The notes under the pieces are model-generated. The model was not told the DNA's origin. It worked only from the letters and a program-made list of their open reading frames with translations, and did not search any database. A stretch of DNA of 64,000 bases from Betaproteobacteria bacterium (lineage in GTDB: Bacteria > Pseudomonadota > Gammaproteobacteria > Burkholderiales > JACQAP01): positions 375 to 64,374 of the forward strand of contig JBQTIV010000051.1 of the NCBI GenBank assembly GCA_052387775.1. Direction: 5' to 3'. This document shows, in pieces, positions 26,272 through 36,939 of the stretch (position 1 is the first letter of the stretch; each line of letters opens with the position of its first letter). The position numbers and the translations under genes are program-made.

Positions 26272-27170
26272 TTCGCCTCCTCGATCGCGTCCCATTGCAG
26301 TAGGCCCACCGGGGCTCCACTCGGGTCGGCGATCACCGCCACGCGCCCTTGATAGAGTGACGGCTTGGCCGCGAGCAGCACGCGTCCGCCGAGTTGCTCG
26401 GCGCTGGCGGAGGCTTTGCGCACGTCGGCCACGCGCACGTAGAGCAGCCAGTCGGGGCGCAGATCGTCGCGGCCAGACGGGATTTCCAGAATGCTCGCGC
26501 GCGCGTAACCGTCGCGAGTGAGCAGCAGGCTGCGGGAGGCGGCGGAAGATTCGGCCTCTTCCGCCACGTAGCCCGCGAGCCCGGCGTAGAAGGCCGCCGC
26601 GTTGTCGGCGTTGCGGCTGAGGAGTTGCGCCCAGATCCAGTCGCCGACTTCCGGCAGGAAATCGCCGGGGTCGCCGCTGGCCGAGTCGAGCGCGCCGAAG
26701 ATGGCGCCCTCGGGGTCGGCAAACAACGCCAGCGTGCCGCGCGCGGGGATTGTGCGCGTGGCGACGAGAGCTTTGCCACCCGCACGCGACACGGCGCGCT
26801 CGGTCGCCGGCACGTCGCGCGCGGACATGAAAGGAATCCAGCGCGAGCGGCTGCGCTCTGCGGCCCGGTCGGCGCGGCGAACGACGCCCGCAATCGCGGC
26901 GCCATCGAGGTGCGCCAGCGAATATGCTCCCTGACCGCTGCCCACGGAAGCAAACGTCCAGCCGAACAGCGCTGCGTAGAATCGCCGGACCACGTCCGGA
27001 TCCGGCGTCACAAGGTCGGCCCACACCAGCTTTCCGGAAAGTTGCAGGCCGGTGGGCGGGTCATTCAGCGGCGGCAACTGCGGTTCTGCGCCGTGCGCGG
27101 TCAAGCTCAGTAGCAGCGTGACCAGAATGCCTGCAGCGGCGCCGCGTAAATAAGCAAAGAGATCAGACAT
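26268..27170 (-). CDS. Secreted two-domain VOC (glyoxalase/bleomycin-resistance fold) protein
   Basis: Signal peptide followed by two repeats of the VW..L...D.......FY..LFGW type. Confidence 0.75.
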   Translation of the reverse strand: MSDLFAYLRGAAAGILVTLLLSLTAHGAEPQLPPLNDPPTGLQLSGKLVWADLVTPDPDVVRRFYAALFGWTFASVGSGQGAYSLAHLDGAAIAGVVRRADRAAERSRSRWIPFMSARDVPATERAVSRAGGKALVATRTIPARGTLALFADPEGAIFGALDSASGDPGDFLPEVGDWIWAQLLSRNADNAAAFYAGLAGYVAEEAESSAASRSLLLTRDGYARASILEIPSGRDDLRPDWLLYVRVADVRKASASAEQLGGRVLLAAKPSLYQGRVAVIADPSGAPVGLLQWDAIEEAK

Positions 27171-27504
27171 GGCGTTTGGCTGGACTCGGTTGACGATGCC
27201 GACAGCTTACCCGAAGACGATCCGAACCACGACCAGTACCCGGTGCAGGCGACATACCCGCTTTCACCGAGCCGCGTGTCACACAGCCAAGTGCCTCGGC
27301 CACCGAACACCATTGGAAGTCATTAATCCGTCGATGGCTCGCGTCGCCACGAACATCTGTGGACCGATCACCGCTTTTAATGGGGTATTCTCGTACCTTC
27401 GCAACAGCGGTCGAATGCCGCAGACTCCGGCGCCAGGCAAGGTGTGATGACCCGGTGGCCGGAACCATGCGCTGTTTTTCGCCGAGTCAGCATTAGGAGG
27501 GCTC

Positions 27505-28569
27505 ATGAATTCCCGACCCGGATACGATCTCACGCGCATTACCCTGGCAGTGCTGATCATCGGCGTATTGCTTGCCGGCAGCCTGTGGACGCTGCTGCCG
27601 TTCCTGGGCGCGTTGATCTGGGCAGCGACGATCGCCGTGGCGACGTGGCCACTTCTGCTCCGGGTCCAGCGCGTCGCGGGCGGCCGACGGTTGACAGCAA
27701 CGGCAGTGATGACAGGCGTGATGCTGGCAATCTTCATCGTGCCGTTCTGGTTCGCCATCGGCATGCTGCTGGATGCAGCGATCGAGGGCGTCGAGCTGGC
27801 AAAGGCGTTCTTTGCCCAGGGACTCGGCCCTCCGCCGGAGTGGATCGAGCGGCTGCCCTGGGTGGGCAGGCAAATCGCCGTGGAGTGGCGTGAGCTCGCT
27901 GCCGGTGGCCCCGAGGCAGTCATCGAAACTGTCCGTCCATACTTTCGTTCGGCGGCACTCTGGGTCTTCTCGATCACCGGCGGGTTCGGAATGATCGTCG
28001 TGCATTTCATTCTTACGGTCATCATCGCCGCTATTCTCTATTCGAATGGGGAGATGGCTGCGCGAAGCGTGTTGTTGCTCGCTCGTCGCATCGGCGAGGA
28101 ACAAGGGGAACGAGCGGTCCGTCTCGCAGCGCAGGCTGTTCGCGGAGTGGCGCTCGGTGTGATCGTTACTGCGCTGGTGCAGTCATTGCTCGCCGGTGCG
28201 GGACTGTGGGTGAGCGGCGTGCCTCGCGCGGGCTTGCTGCTCGCGATCATGTTCGTGCTCGGCGTCGCTCAACTTGGGCCCCTGCCGGTACTCCTTCCCG
28301 CAGTAATCTGGCTTTACTGGTCGGGAAGCGTCGGCTGGGCAATCGCCCTTCTCGTGTGGACCGCGCTGGTGGGCGCGCTGGATAACATTCTGCGGCCGGT
28401 CCTTATTCGCCGCGGCGTGGATCTACCGCTGTTGCTGATCATCGCCGGGGTCATCGGCGGCTTGATCGGTTTCGGCGTTGTCGGTCTGTTCATTGGCCCC
28501 GTGATCCTGGCCGTGACTTACACGCTGCTCGAGTCCTGGGTGCGCAACGACAAGGCAGGTGCACAGTGA
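27505..28569 (+). CDS. AI-2E family transporter (PerM/YdiK-like)
   Basis: 354 aa and multi-TM, with a C-terminal LDNILRP......VDLPLLLIIAGVIGG motif. Confidence 0.85.
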   Translation: MNSRPGYDLTRITLAVLIIGVLLAGSLWTLLPFLGALIWAATIAVATWPLLLRVQRVAGGRRLTATAVMTGVMLAIFIVPFWFAIGMLLDAAIEGVELAKAFFAQGLGPPPEWIERLPWVGRQIAVEWRELAAGGPEAVIETVRPYFRSAALWVFSITGGFGMIVVHFILTVIIAAILYSNGEMAARSVLLLARRIGEEQGERAVRLAAQAVRGVALGVIVTALVQSLLAGAGLWVSGVPRAGLLLAIMFVLGVAQLGPLPVLLPAVIWLYWSGSVGWAIALLVWTALVGALDNILRPVLIRRGVDLPLLLIIAGVIGGLIGFGVVGLFIGPVILAVTYTLLESWVRNDKAGAQ

Positions 28570-28649
28570 TAGCACTGGTAACCCGGCAACCAATCCAGGG
28601 GCTAGATGCGGCGAAAAGTCATTGCAACTCCCGAATGATTCGCTACGAA

Positions 28650-29459
28650 TTAATAAGGTTCCGGCACGAACTTTCTGCCCTTTAGTGTGGCCTGGTCGTC
28701 GTAAGCGCCCTTCATGGAGCGCTTGGGCAGCTTGATCTTTTTCCGTGGCACTTTCTTGTAAGGGATGAGCTTCAGCAGGTGCGCGACGCAGTTCAGGCGC
28801 GCGCGTTTCTTGTCGTCCGAGCGGACGACGTGCCATGGCGCGTGCTTCGTATCGGTGGCATCGAGCATCCGGTCACGCGCCTTCGAGTACTCGAACCAGC
28901 GCTCCCGCGACGGCAGGTCCATCGGGGAGAGCTTCCACTGGCGCAGCGGGTCTTCGATACGGGCCTCGAAACGGCGCTTCTGTTCTGCATCGCTCACCTC
29001 CATCCAGAATTTGATGAGTTGGACGCCGCCTTCCACGATGTAGCCCTCGAAGACCGGGCACAGCTTCAGAAAGCGCTGGTACTGCTCTTTCGAGCAGAAC
29101 CCCATGACGTGCTCGACACCGAGGCGGTTGTACCAGCTGCGGTCGAAAATCACGATCTCGCCCGCCGCCGGAAAGTGCGGAAGGTAGCGCTGTATGTACA
29201 TCTGCGACTTTTCGCGGTCGGAGGGCGCGGGCAGAGCGACCTGGCGGAATACCCGGGGACTCACGCGTTCCGTGATGGCGCGGATCGTGCGGCCCTTGCC
29301 GGCAGCGTCACGCCCTTCGAATACGATGATCACGCGCAAGCCCTTGTACTTCACCCAATCCTGGAGCTTGCACAGCTCGGCTTGCAGCTTGCGTAGCGTC
29401 TCCTCGTACTTCTTGCGCGTGAGCTTTTTGCCGTCTTTGTTCTTGTCGTTCGATGCCAT
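28650..29459 (-). CDS. ppk2: Polyphosphate kinase 2
   Basis: VIIVFEGRDAAGKG Walker A, IFDRSWYNR, and the lid region. Start trimmed to MASNDKN. Confidence 0.9.
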   Translation of the reverse strand: MASNDKNKDGKKLTRKKYEETLRKLQAELCKLQDWVKYKGLRVIIVFEGRDAAGKGRTIRAITERVSPRVFRQVALPAPSDREKSQMYIQRYLPHFPAAGEIVIFDRSWYNRLGVEHVMGFCSKEQYQRFLKLCPVFEGYIVEGGVQLIKFWMEVSDAEQKRRFEARIEDPLRQWKLSPMDLPSRERWFEYSKARDRMLDATDTKHAPWHVVRSDDKKRARLNCVAHLLKLIPYKKVPRKKIKLPKRSMKGAYDDQATLKGRKFVPEPY

Positions 29460-29538
29460 CACCGTCCCTCCATTACCTAAGCTTATCGCCTTGTTCACCC
29501 GGCGCTTGTTCGACGGCAATTTGCGCCGCCTCGCGCGC

Positions 29539-29784
29539 TCAACGGCCCAGCGTCTGGACCAACAGCTCGCGCCCTTTCCAGTACATCCCGTTCAGGCGCA
29601 TGGAAATCTTTTCGAGCGAGCCATAAGGCGTGTCGGCGAATTCGAGCATCGCGGCCGGGCGCGAACCATCGCCCTCGACGCGCTGGATTTTCGTGCACTC
29701 CAGGTCCGGTGCGTATTTCTTGACGAATTCGCGGATCTCCTCGTCCGTCGTCCCCGGCGTTATGTTGCCAATCCACAGTTTCAT
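29539..29784 (-). CDS. Small RRM-like protein
   Basis: MKLWIGNITPGTTDEEIREFV...AMLEF...A......LNG, with beta-alpha-beta-beta-alpha-beta spacing. An alternative start at 29817 is possible. Confidence 0.6.
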   Translation of the reverse strand: MKLWIGNITPGTTDEEIREFVKKYAPDLECTKIQRVEGDGSRPAAMLEFADTPYGSLEKISMRLNGMYWKGRELLVQTLGR

Positions 29785-29848
29785 GTCGAGCATGCGGGCC
29801 TCGTGAATCTTTGTCACAAATTAAGCACTATGGCAACTAAACAGGCCG

Positions 29849-31264
29849 TCAGCCGGTGACGAACAGCAGCCAGGGCGTGCCCAGCAGCAGGAAGATCGTG
29901 AGGAAGAAGACCGTGGTCAGGAGTCCCATCCGGTACAGTTCCCGCTGGGTAAGATAGCCGCTCGCCACGAAGATGATGTTCTGGCTGCCACCCTGCGGCG
30001 TGATGACCGAGAAGTAGCTGCTCGCGAAAAGGAGAGCGAAACACATCAGGGGGGCGGGGACGCCCTCCTTGACCCCGACGGTCACGAAGACGGCAAGGAG
30101 CGCGAGCACCTGAGAGGTCTGGCTCACGAACAGATAGTGCAGCAACACGTACAGCACAAGCAGAGCCACATACACTATCTGCCACGACAGCCCCTCCAGG
30201 CCCGACGCCAGCCGTTCTCCGACATACCCCATGAAGCCGAGTTCGTTGAGCTGGCCGCTCAGCGCAAAGAGCACGGCGAGCCAAAGGTAAGTAGCGAGCG
30301 TGTCGCCTTGTTTGGCGATGTCGTCGAGAGTCAGCACGCTGGTCGCAAGCAGGACCCCCAAACCACCGAATGCCACCGCGGTGACGCTAAGATTGAGCGA
30401 GCCGGCCAGGACCCAGCCTGTCACCATCACCGCGAACGCGACGGAGGTGATAAGTTCGTCCCGGGTCATCGAACCCATGGATGCAAGCTCGGCGCGAGCG
30501 GCGCGCGGGGCGTCGGGAGTGTCGCTGACTCCCGGTGGAAACAGGCGGCGAACTACGATGGGCAGAAGCAGCATCGCGACCAGCGTCGGCACCGACGCGG
30601 CAATCAACCACCGTCCGAACCCGATGTCCACCCCGAACTGCGCCGCGATCTGGGTCCCGATCGGATTGACCGACGTGGCCGTCAACCAGAGGGCCGAGGA
30701 GATAGCCAGGCTCGCCATGCCGCAGAACATGAGGTATCCGCCGAGGCGGCGTCCCTCCGGATCATCCGGCTTGGACCCGGCACCCTGGGCCAGCGAGAGC
30801 ACAACCGGGAAGAGCACGCCGCCGCGCGCGGTGTTGCTGGGGAAGGCGGGCGCGATGACCGCGTCAGTGAGCACCACGCTGTAGGCGAGCCCGAGCGGCG
30901 ATCCGCCGAAGGCGCTCACGATGAGCAAACTGATGCGCCGCCCCAGACCGGATTTCACCACCGCCTGCGCGACGAGGAAGGCCACCACCACCAGGAGCAC
31001 ACTCGGATTGGCGAAACCCGCGAATGCTTTGCCCATCTCGACGGTACCGGTGATCACCACCGCAGCCACCGCCAGCATTGAGGAGGTAAGGAGTGGGAAG
31101 GCGCCGAGAAGGACGGAGACGATCGCGCCGGCGAAGACGGCGAAAAGGTGCCAGGCCGGACTCGTGAGTCCCGCGGGGATGGGCGCGAACCAGATGCCGA
31201 TAACCAGCGCGAATACCGCGATCCGTCTCAACAGCAGACTCAATGATATCTGAGACGCGGTCAT
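29849..31264 (-). CDS. DASS/SLC13-type anion permease
   Basis: About 470 aa and multi-TM. GFANPSVLLVVVAFLVAQAVVKSGLGRRISL is typical of the family. ATGA overlap with the upstream gene. Confidence 0.8.
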   Translation of the reverse strand: MTASQISLSLLLRRIAVFALVIGIWFAPIPAGLTSPAWHLFAVFAGAIVSVLLGAFPLLTSSMLAVAAVVITGTVEMGKAFAGFANPSVLLVVVAFLVAQAVVKSGLGRRISLLIVSAFGGSPLGLAYSVVLTDAVIAPAFPSNTARGGVLFPVVLSLAQGAGSKPDDPEGRRLGGYLMFCGMASLAISSALWLTATSVNPIGTQIAAQFGVDIGFGRWLIAASVPTLVAMLLLPIVVRRLFPPGVSDTPDAPRAARAELASMGSMTRDELITSVAFAVMVTGWVLAGSLNLSVTAVAFGGLGVLLATSVLTLDDIAKQGDTLATYLWLAVLFALSGQLNELGFMGYVGERLASGLEGLSWQIVYVALLVLYVLLHYLFVSQTSQVLALLAVFVTVGVKEGVPAPLMCFALLFASSYFSVITPQGGSQNIIFVASGYLTQRELYRMGLLTTVFFLTIFLLLGTPWLLFVTG

Positions 31265-31833
31265 GGATTCTGTCCCGCCGTTCCCGGCTTGATATCGCTC
31301 CCGCCGCCGCGGACCCGGCCCTTGAGGCCGATGGCCCTGCCCTGGATCGCGCCATCCTCCGCCTCGATTACGTACTGCCACTGGAATCCGTATTCACCAG
31401 CGGCGCCGTCGTAACGGCCGGTGCCACCGGTGATGGTCCCGGTGATCCGGTTGCCGGTGATGACCTTTTCCCCCTTCAACTCGCTGAAGACCTGGTCGCC
31501 CTGTTCGTCGGTCCACACCGCGCGTCCCACCAGTCCGTGCACATCGTCGGAGAAGGCTATGGCCTCCGCGCGGAACCCCACACCAGGTCTGGCATCGCCG
31601 GTAAGCAGCATGGTCCCATTCACGCTGACAATCGATGCCTGATGGTCGGCTCCGAGATGGAGCGTATGACGCGTGCCCGAGGCGGTCCACGAGCCCTCGA
31701 ACGCGCGCCAGGCGCCCGCCGGCAAGGACTCCGGCAGGTGCGCCCTCTCCCCACAGGCGACCACCCCCGCCAACAGGGCGAGGGCAATGGACAGTGCAGT
31801 TCGATTTCGCGTCAGACTCGGGCGAGAATCCAT
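31261..31833 (-). CDS. Hypothetical lipoprotein
   Basis: Lipobox LAGVVAC. An ITGGTGRYDGAAG motif resembles dirigent/AOC-barrel-like proteins. Translationally coupled to the permease. Confidence 0.6.
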   Translation of the reverse strand: MDSRPSLTRNRTALSIALALLAGVVACGERAHLPESLPAGAWRAFEGSWTASGTRHTLHLGADHQASIVSVNGTMLLTGDARPGVGFRAEAIAFSDDVHGLVGRAVWTDEQGDQVFSELKGEKVITGNRITGTITGGTGRYDGAAGEYGFQWQYVIEAEDGAIQGRAIGLKGRVRGGGSDIKPGTAGQNP

Positions 31834-32297
31834 TCAGGTCCTTCCTCGCGTAGAAATTCGTTCCGCGACTCGTCGGCGGTTTGTACCGATACAACGTGGC
31901 AGTATTGAGTCATCAGTGCGGCGTGCGCGGAATTCGTTGCGGATTGCCGTTGCGCGATCGGCAGCCGCATTGTCGCTGCGCAAACTCATGTCGAGCGCAT
32001 CACATTGAATGCAATCTTAAAGCAACATTCATATTGAAGCATGATAAAGGGCATTTGATCTGGATCAACCGGCCCTTCTCGTATCTCCCGATGATTAGTA
32101 CTGAGTTGAGTCCATGCGCTCCCTGCCGTAGACTCCGGTTTCCACGACGTCCGGTAGCCCAGAACCACTCGCTCTTGCCCACGCGCTTCGTCGCGGCGTC
32201 CGCCACGATGTGGTGCTTGAATCAAGTCAACAAGTTGCCTGTGAAATCCGCTTACGTTTGAGCAGCCGATCAACTGGCTGCCCGAAAACAATAAGGA

Positions 32298-35093
32298 ATG
32301 AACGCCATGACCTCCCCCACCACCAGCACTGTGCAACTGGATCACTTTTTTTCCACTTCCGCCGCACGCCTGGATCGCTGGCGCGAGCTGAACGCCAAGG
32401 CGCAAGCCTGGGCGGCCGGCGCCCGCAGCGAACGCGCCGCGGTCGAGGCGGCGCTGGCGCAGGTGCGTGCGCTGGAAGACTTCTTCGCCTATCCAGGGCC
32501 GCGGCTGATGAAAGCGCTGGCCGAACGCATCGCCGCGGACGACGCGTTCGGCGTCGCTCGACAGGTGCGGCGCATGAGCGGCGCGCTGCTGTCGGGCAGT
32601 TTTCGCTACGATAGTGGTGAATGGGAAACGGCGGATGATTCCACCGACACCGTGGCAGACCGCATACCGCTCGCGCCCGGCGGCGGTGAATCCCGCCGAC
32701 CGTATTTCGAGACCCTGTTCGTCACCCCGGCGCCGGCGGCCAACCGGATAAAACTGGCACAGGAAATTCGCCGCCTGCGGCGCGTCGAGGACGCGATGAT
32801 CTACGAGCCGGTGCTGGTCGGGAGCTTCGAGGACGCCATCCTCGGCACGGTGCTAAACGGCAAGATCGAAGCTGTGGTGATCTACGACGGCATCCCAATT
32901 CCGTCGCAGCACGACGTGCCATTGCTGCGCGAGTTTCTCAGCGCTAACCAGCAGCTCGATACCACCACGCTCGCGCCGCGCGAAGTCGGGATCACGCTGG
33001 CGCGCGCGATCAAGCGCATCCGCCCCGAGCTCGACATCTATCTGCTGACCGACCGGGAGGTGGAGAAACTGGCGGGCGATCCGGCGGCCTCGATGATCCG
33101 GCGCGTGTTCTACGAGGTCGAGGAGATGATGGAAGTGCACCTCAATATCCTCGAAGGCGTCGGCGAGCGTTTCTCGACGCCGCATTTCGACAATCTCAAG
33201 CGTTACGCCGCCCGCCCGATCAGCACCTTCCACGCGCTGCCGATCGCGCGCGGCAAGTCGATCATCAAGTCGAACTGGATTCACGACATGGGTGAGTTCT
33301 ACGGCCAGAATCTGTTCCTGGCCGAGTCCTCTGCCACCACCGGCGGACTGGACAGCATGCTCGAGCCGACCGGCAACATCAAGGTCGCGCAGGAAAAATT
33401 TGCCCGTGCCGTCGGCGCCGACCATGTGTTCTTCGTGACCAACGGCACGTCCACGTCCAACAAGATGGTCTACCAGGCGGTGACCGCGCCGGGCGACATC
33501 GTGATCGCCGACCGCAATTGCCACAAGTCGCACCACTACGGCATGGTGTTATCTGGCGCGCAGCCGCTGTACGTCGAGGCCTTCCCGATGACCGCGTACT
33601 CGATGTACGGTGCGGTGCCACTGCGCACCGTCAAGCAGGCGCTGCTCAATCTCAAGGCCGAGGGACGACTCGATCGCGTGAAGATGCTCACGCTCACCAA
33701 CTGCACGTTCGACGGACACGTTTACAACACGTTCCGGGTGATGCAAGAATGCCTGGCGATCAAGCCGGATCTGCTGTTCCTGTGGGACGAGGCGTGGTTC
33801 GGATTCGCGCGCTGGTCGCCGTTCCTGCGCCCGCGCACCGGACTTGGCGCGGCCGCCGCCCTCGAGGAGTGGCGCGCAAGCCCCGATGCGCTCAAGGCCT
33901 ATCAGGCGCAGGCCGCCGAGCTCGGCGAGGATCTCGACCCGAAAGATCCGCGCCTGCTCGAGCGGCGCCTGGTACCCGATCCGCGCAAGATTCGCATCCG
34001 CGTCTACGAGACCGACTCCGTGCACAAGTCGATGTCGTGTCTGCGCCAGGGCTCGATCGTGGCGGTGCGCGACGAGGACTACAACAAGCATGTTTCAGCC
34101 TTCCGCGAGGCGGTATTCATCCACGCTTCGACCTCGCCGAACGCGCAGATCATCGCTTCGCTGGACGTCGCCCGGCGCCAGATGGAACTCGAGGGCTACG
34201 AGCTGGTGATGCGCGCGATCGAGATTTCGCTGGCGATCCGTCGGGAAGTGGCCAAACACCCGATCATTTCGAAATACTTTAAAGTGCTCGGAGCCGACGC
34301 AATGATCCCGGCCGAGTTCCGCGCTTCGGGTTTCAAGGACTTCCTCACCCCGGGCAGTACCTGGGTCACCGCGCTCAAGTCGGTGCAGGAGGATGAATTC
34401 TTCCTCGACCCGACGCGTATGACTCTGGTGTGCGGTACCGCTGGGCTCGACGGCACCTCGTTCAAGGGACTGCTGGCCAACAAGTACAACATCCAGCTCA
34501 ACAAGACCTCGCGCAACAGCGTGCTCCTGCAGAGCAACATCAACAACACCCGCAGCGACGTCGCGCTGCTGATCAAGGTGTTGCTCGAAATTTCGCAGGA
34601 AATCGAGGCCCGGCTTGCCGAGGGTGGTGAGTCCGAGCGCACCGCCTTCGCGGCGCGGGTGAAGAGCCTGATGACGGACGTGCCCGACCTGCCCAACTTC
34701 AGCCGCTTCCACGACGGTTATCGCGAGAATCCGGGCAGCATCACTCTCGAAGGCGACATGCGCGGCGCGTTTTTCGCCGCCTATGAAGAGGACGACTGCG
34801 AGTATCTGCCGCTGATGAACCCGAAGATCGACGAGCGGTTGAAGAGCGGCCCGGAACTGGTGTCGGCAAATTTCGTGATCCCCTACCCGCCCGGCTTCCC
34901 GATCATGGTGCCGGGGCAGGTGATCGCGGCGGACACGATCGGCTTCATGCGCAAGCTCGACGTCAAGGAAATCCACGGCTACAACGCCACGCGCGGCCTG
35001 AAACTGATCAAGCTCGCGGCCATCGGCAAGTCGCATCCGGGCGGACAGGGTGCGCCGGCGCAATCACGCGCGGCCCCGCACAAGCGCAAGTAA
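32298..35093 (+). CDS. Orn/Lys/Arg-decarboxylase-family PLP enzyme (931 aa, extended N-terminus)
   Basis: NGTSTSNKMV, the PLP-lysine context TDSVHKSMSCLRQGS, and the C-terminal domain IPYPPGFPIMVPGQ. An N-terminal extension of about 145 aa precedes the wing domain. Confidence 0.9.
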   Translation: MNAMTSPTTSTVQLDHFFSTSAARLDRWRELNAKAQAWAAGARSERAAVEAALAQVRALEDFFAYPGPRLMKALAERIAADDAFGVARQVRRMSGALLSGSFRYDSGEWETADDSTDTVADRIPLAPGGGESRRPYFETLFVTPAPAANRIKLAQEIRRLRRVEDAMIYEPVLVGSFEDAILGTVLNGKIEAVVIYDGIPIPSQHDVPLLREFLSANQQLDTTTLAPREVGITLARAIKRIRPELDIYLLTDREVEKLAGDPAASMIRRVFYEVEEMMEVHLNILEGVGERFSTPHFDNLKRYAARPISTFHALPIARGKSIIKSNWIHDMGEFYGQNLFLAESSATTGGLDSMLEPTGNIKVAQEKFARAVGADHVFFVTNGTSTSNKMVYQAVTAPGDIVIADRNCHKSHHYGMVLSGAQPLYVEAFPMTAYSMYGAVPLRTVKQALLNLKAEGRLDRVKMLTLTNCTFDGHVYNTFRVMQECLAIKPDLLFLWDEAWFGFARWSPFLRPRTGLGAAAALEEWRASPDALKAYQAQAAELGEDLDPKDPRLLERRLVPDPRKIRIRVYETDSVHKSMSCLRQGSIVAVRDEDYNKHVSAFREAVFIHASTSPNAQIIASLDVARRQMELEGYELVMRAIEISLAIRREVAKHPIISKYFKVLGADAMIPAEFRASGFKDFLTPGSTWVTALKSVQEDEFFLDPTRMTLVCGTAGLDGTSFKGLLANKYNIQLNKTSRNSVLLQSNINNTRSDVALLIKVLLEISQEIEARLAEGGESERTAFAARVKSLMTDVPDLPNFSRFHDGYRENPGSITLEGDMRGAFFAAYEEDDCEYLPLMNPKIDERLKSGPELVSANFVIPYPPGFPIMVPGQVIAADTIGFMRKLDVKEIHGYNATRGLKLIKLAAIGKSHPGGQGAPAQSRAAPHKRK

Positions 35094-35143
35094 TAACAGA
35101 CCGATCCAGGCAAGATCACGACAAATAAAGAGGAGATACTGCA

Positions 35144-36844
35144 ATGGAATGGTTCTTCGGCTTTCTCAAATCCTATCCCTACATCCTGCTGTTTTTCACC
35201 GTCGGTCTCGCGGTGGCCATCGGCCGTGTGAGCATCAAGGGTTACGGGCTCGGTATGGTCGCCGGTGCGGTAGTCATCGGCGCCTGTCTGTCGATCTGGG
35301 CCTCGACTTATGGCGTAAAACTGCAACTCGATAACTTCGTGAAGTCGCTGTTTTACTACCTGTTCATGTACGGGGTCGGGCTGCGCGTCGGACCGTCGTT
35401 CGTCAACAGCCTCGGCGGCGACGGCCTGCGCTTTACCATTCTGGCGATTATCGCGCCGGTCATCGGGCTTGCGATCGTCGTGCTGGGCACAGGAATGTTC
35501 GACCTGCCGGTGGGCGCCGCCGGCGGTCTCCTGGCCGGCAGCCAGACCATGTCGGCGGCGATCGGTTCCGCGGAGCAGGCGATCATCGACGGCGTGGTGA
35601 AGTTGCCCGAAGGCATGACGCAGGAGGCGGCCAGCGGCATGATTGCGGTCTCCTACGGCATCAGCTACATCTGGGGCACGGTCGGCATCATCCTGATCGT
35701 CAAGTATCTGCCGCGCTGGTGGGGCGCGAACGCGCAAGCGGCAGCCAAGAAGTACGAAGAGGAGTTTGGCGTGAAGAACGTCGACGACGCCGGCCTCTCC
35801 GGCTATCGGCCCGGCGGGCTGCGCGCCTATCGGCTGGACAACACGGCCACGGCAGGCAAGAGCATCGCGCAGTTTCGCGCGGCCAACCCTGAATATCGCG
35901 TGATCAACGTGCGGCGTGGCGACGAGTTGCTGGGCGCCGACCCTGAACTGGTCATGCAGAAGGGCGACATCGTCGCGCTCGGCGGCCGGATCGAGGCCCT
36001 GACCGACAAGATGGGCCTGATCGGTGCGGAGGTGCCCGACGCGCGCGTGCTCAACGTCCCGCTCGACCAAGCCGAGATCCTGGTCACCAATAGTGAGGCG
36101 ATCGGGCGCACACTCAAGTCGTACCGCGATTCCGAGATCGCCGGCCAGGTCCATCTGCAGAAGATCGAGCGCGGCGGGGTGCCGATCCCGGTCGGTCTGG
36201 AAACAAAATTGCAGAAACGCGACGTGCTGTTTGTTGTTGGTCTGAAATCTGCAGTGCAGCGGGCCGCCGAAATGATGGGCATCATCGCGCGCCAGAGCAG
36301 CGCCACCGATCTGCTGACGCTCTCGGCCGGCATGATCCTGGGCTTCCTGATCGGCATGATCCAGTTCCCGGCCTTTGGCAGCAGCGTCGGGCTCGGCAAC
36401 GCCGGCGGCCTGCTGGTCTCCGGCATCATCGTCGCGTCGATCTCCTCGCGGTTGCGCTTCTTCGGCAGCACGCCAAACGCAGCGCGAAACGTGCTGGAGG
36501 ATCTCGGCCTGGTCGTGTTCGTGGCGATCGTCGGGCTCAACTCGGGCGCGACCCTGCTGGAGTCACTGACCGGTGCCATCGCGGTAAAGATTTTCCTGGT
36601 CGGGTTTATCGCCTGCACAATCCCGCCGTTCATCGTGTGGGCGATCGGCTACCACATGTTCAAGACCAACCCGGCGGTGCTGATGGGTGCAGTGGCCGGT
36701 GCGCGCAGCCACTCGGGGCCGTGCCGCGAGGCGGCCAAGGAAATCAACAGCACGGTGCCATGGATCGGTTTCCCGGTGGCCTACGCGGTATCGGGCGTCT
36801 TGCTTACGGTTTTCGGCTACGTCGCCATGGTGTTGGCACATTGA
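35144..36844 (+). CDS. AAE-family (aspartate:alanine exchanger / YidE-YbjL type) transporter
   Basis: 566 aa with two membrane halves separated by two TrkA-C-like domains. AGGAGA precedes the ATG. Confidence 0.85.
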   Translation: MEWFFGFLKSYPYILLFFTVGLAVAIGRVSIKGYGLGMVAGAVVIGACLSIWASTYGVKLQLDNFVKSLFYYLFMYGVGLRVGPSFVNSLGGDGLRFTILAIIAPVIGLAIVVLGTGMFDLPVGAAGGLLAGSQTMSAAIGSAEQAIIDGVVKLPEGMTQEAASGMIAVSYGISYIWGTVGIILIVKYLPRWWGANAQAAAKKYEEEFGVKNVDDAGLSGYRPGGLRAYRLDNTATAGKSIAQFRAANPEYRVINVRRGDELLGADPELVMQKGDIVALGGRIEALTDKMGLIGAEVPDARVLNVPLDQAEILVTNSEAIGRTLKSYRDSEIAGQVHLQKIERGGVPIPVGLETKLQKRDVLFVVGLKSAVQRAAEMMGIIARQSSATDLLTLSAGMILGFLIGMIQFPAFGSSVGLGNAGGLLVSGIIVASISSRLRFFGSTPNAARNVLEDLGLVVFVAIVGLNSGATLLESLTGAIAVKIFLVGFIACTIPPFIVWAIGYHMFKTNPAVLMGAVAGARSHSGPCREAAKEINSTVPWIGFPVAYAVSGVLLTVFGYVAMVLAH

Positions 36845-36939
36845 GCTGGCCAAGGAGGGAACCCTGAAAAACATTTGGCGGCGGACAGTGTTCCGCTACG
36901 TCGCGATTGTGATTTCGAATTGACCAAGGCAGCACGGGC

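Noticed and set aside
25954-27024. 356-aa ORF overlapping the VOC gene
   Set aside because: It is in a different frame from the motif-bearing VOC protein and is Arg-rich junk. Only the last 105 codons (signal peptide onward) were kept as a separate small gene.
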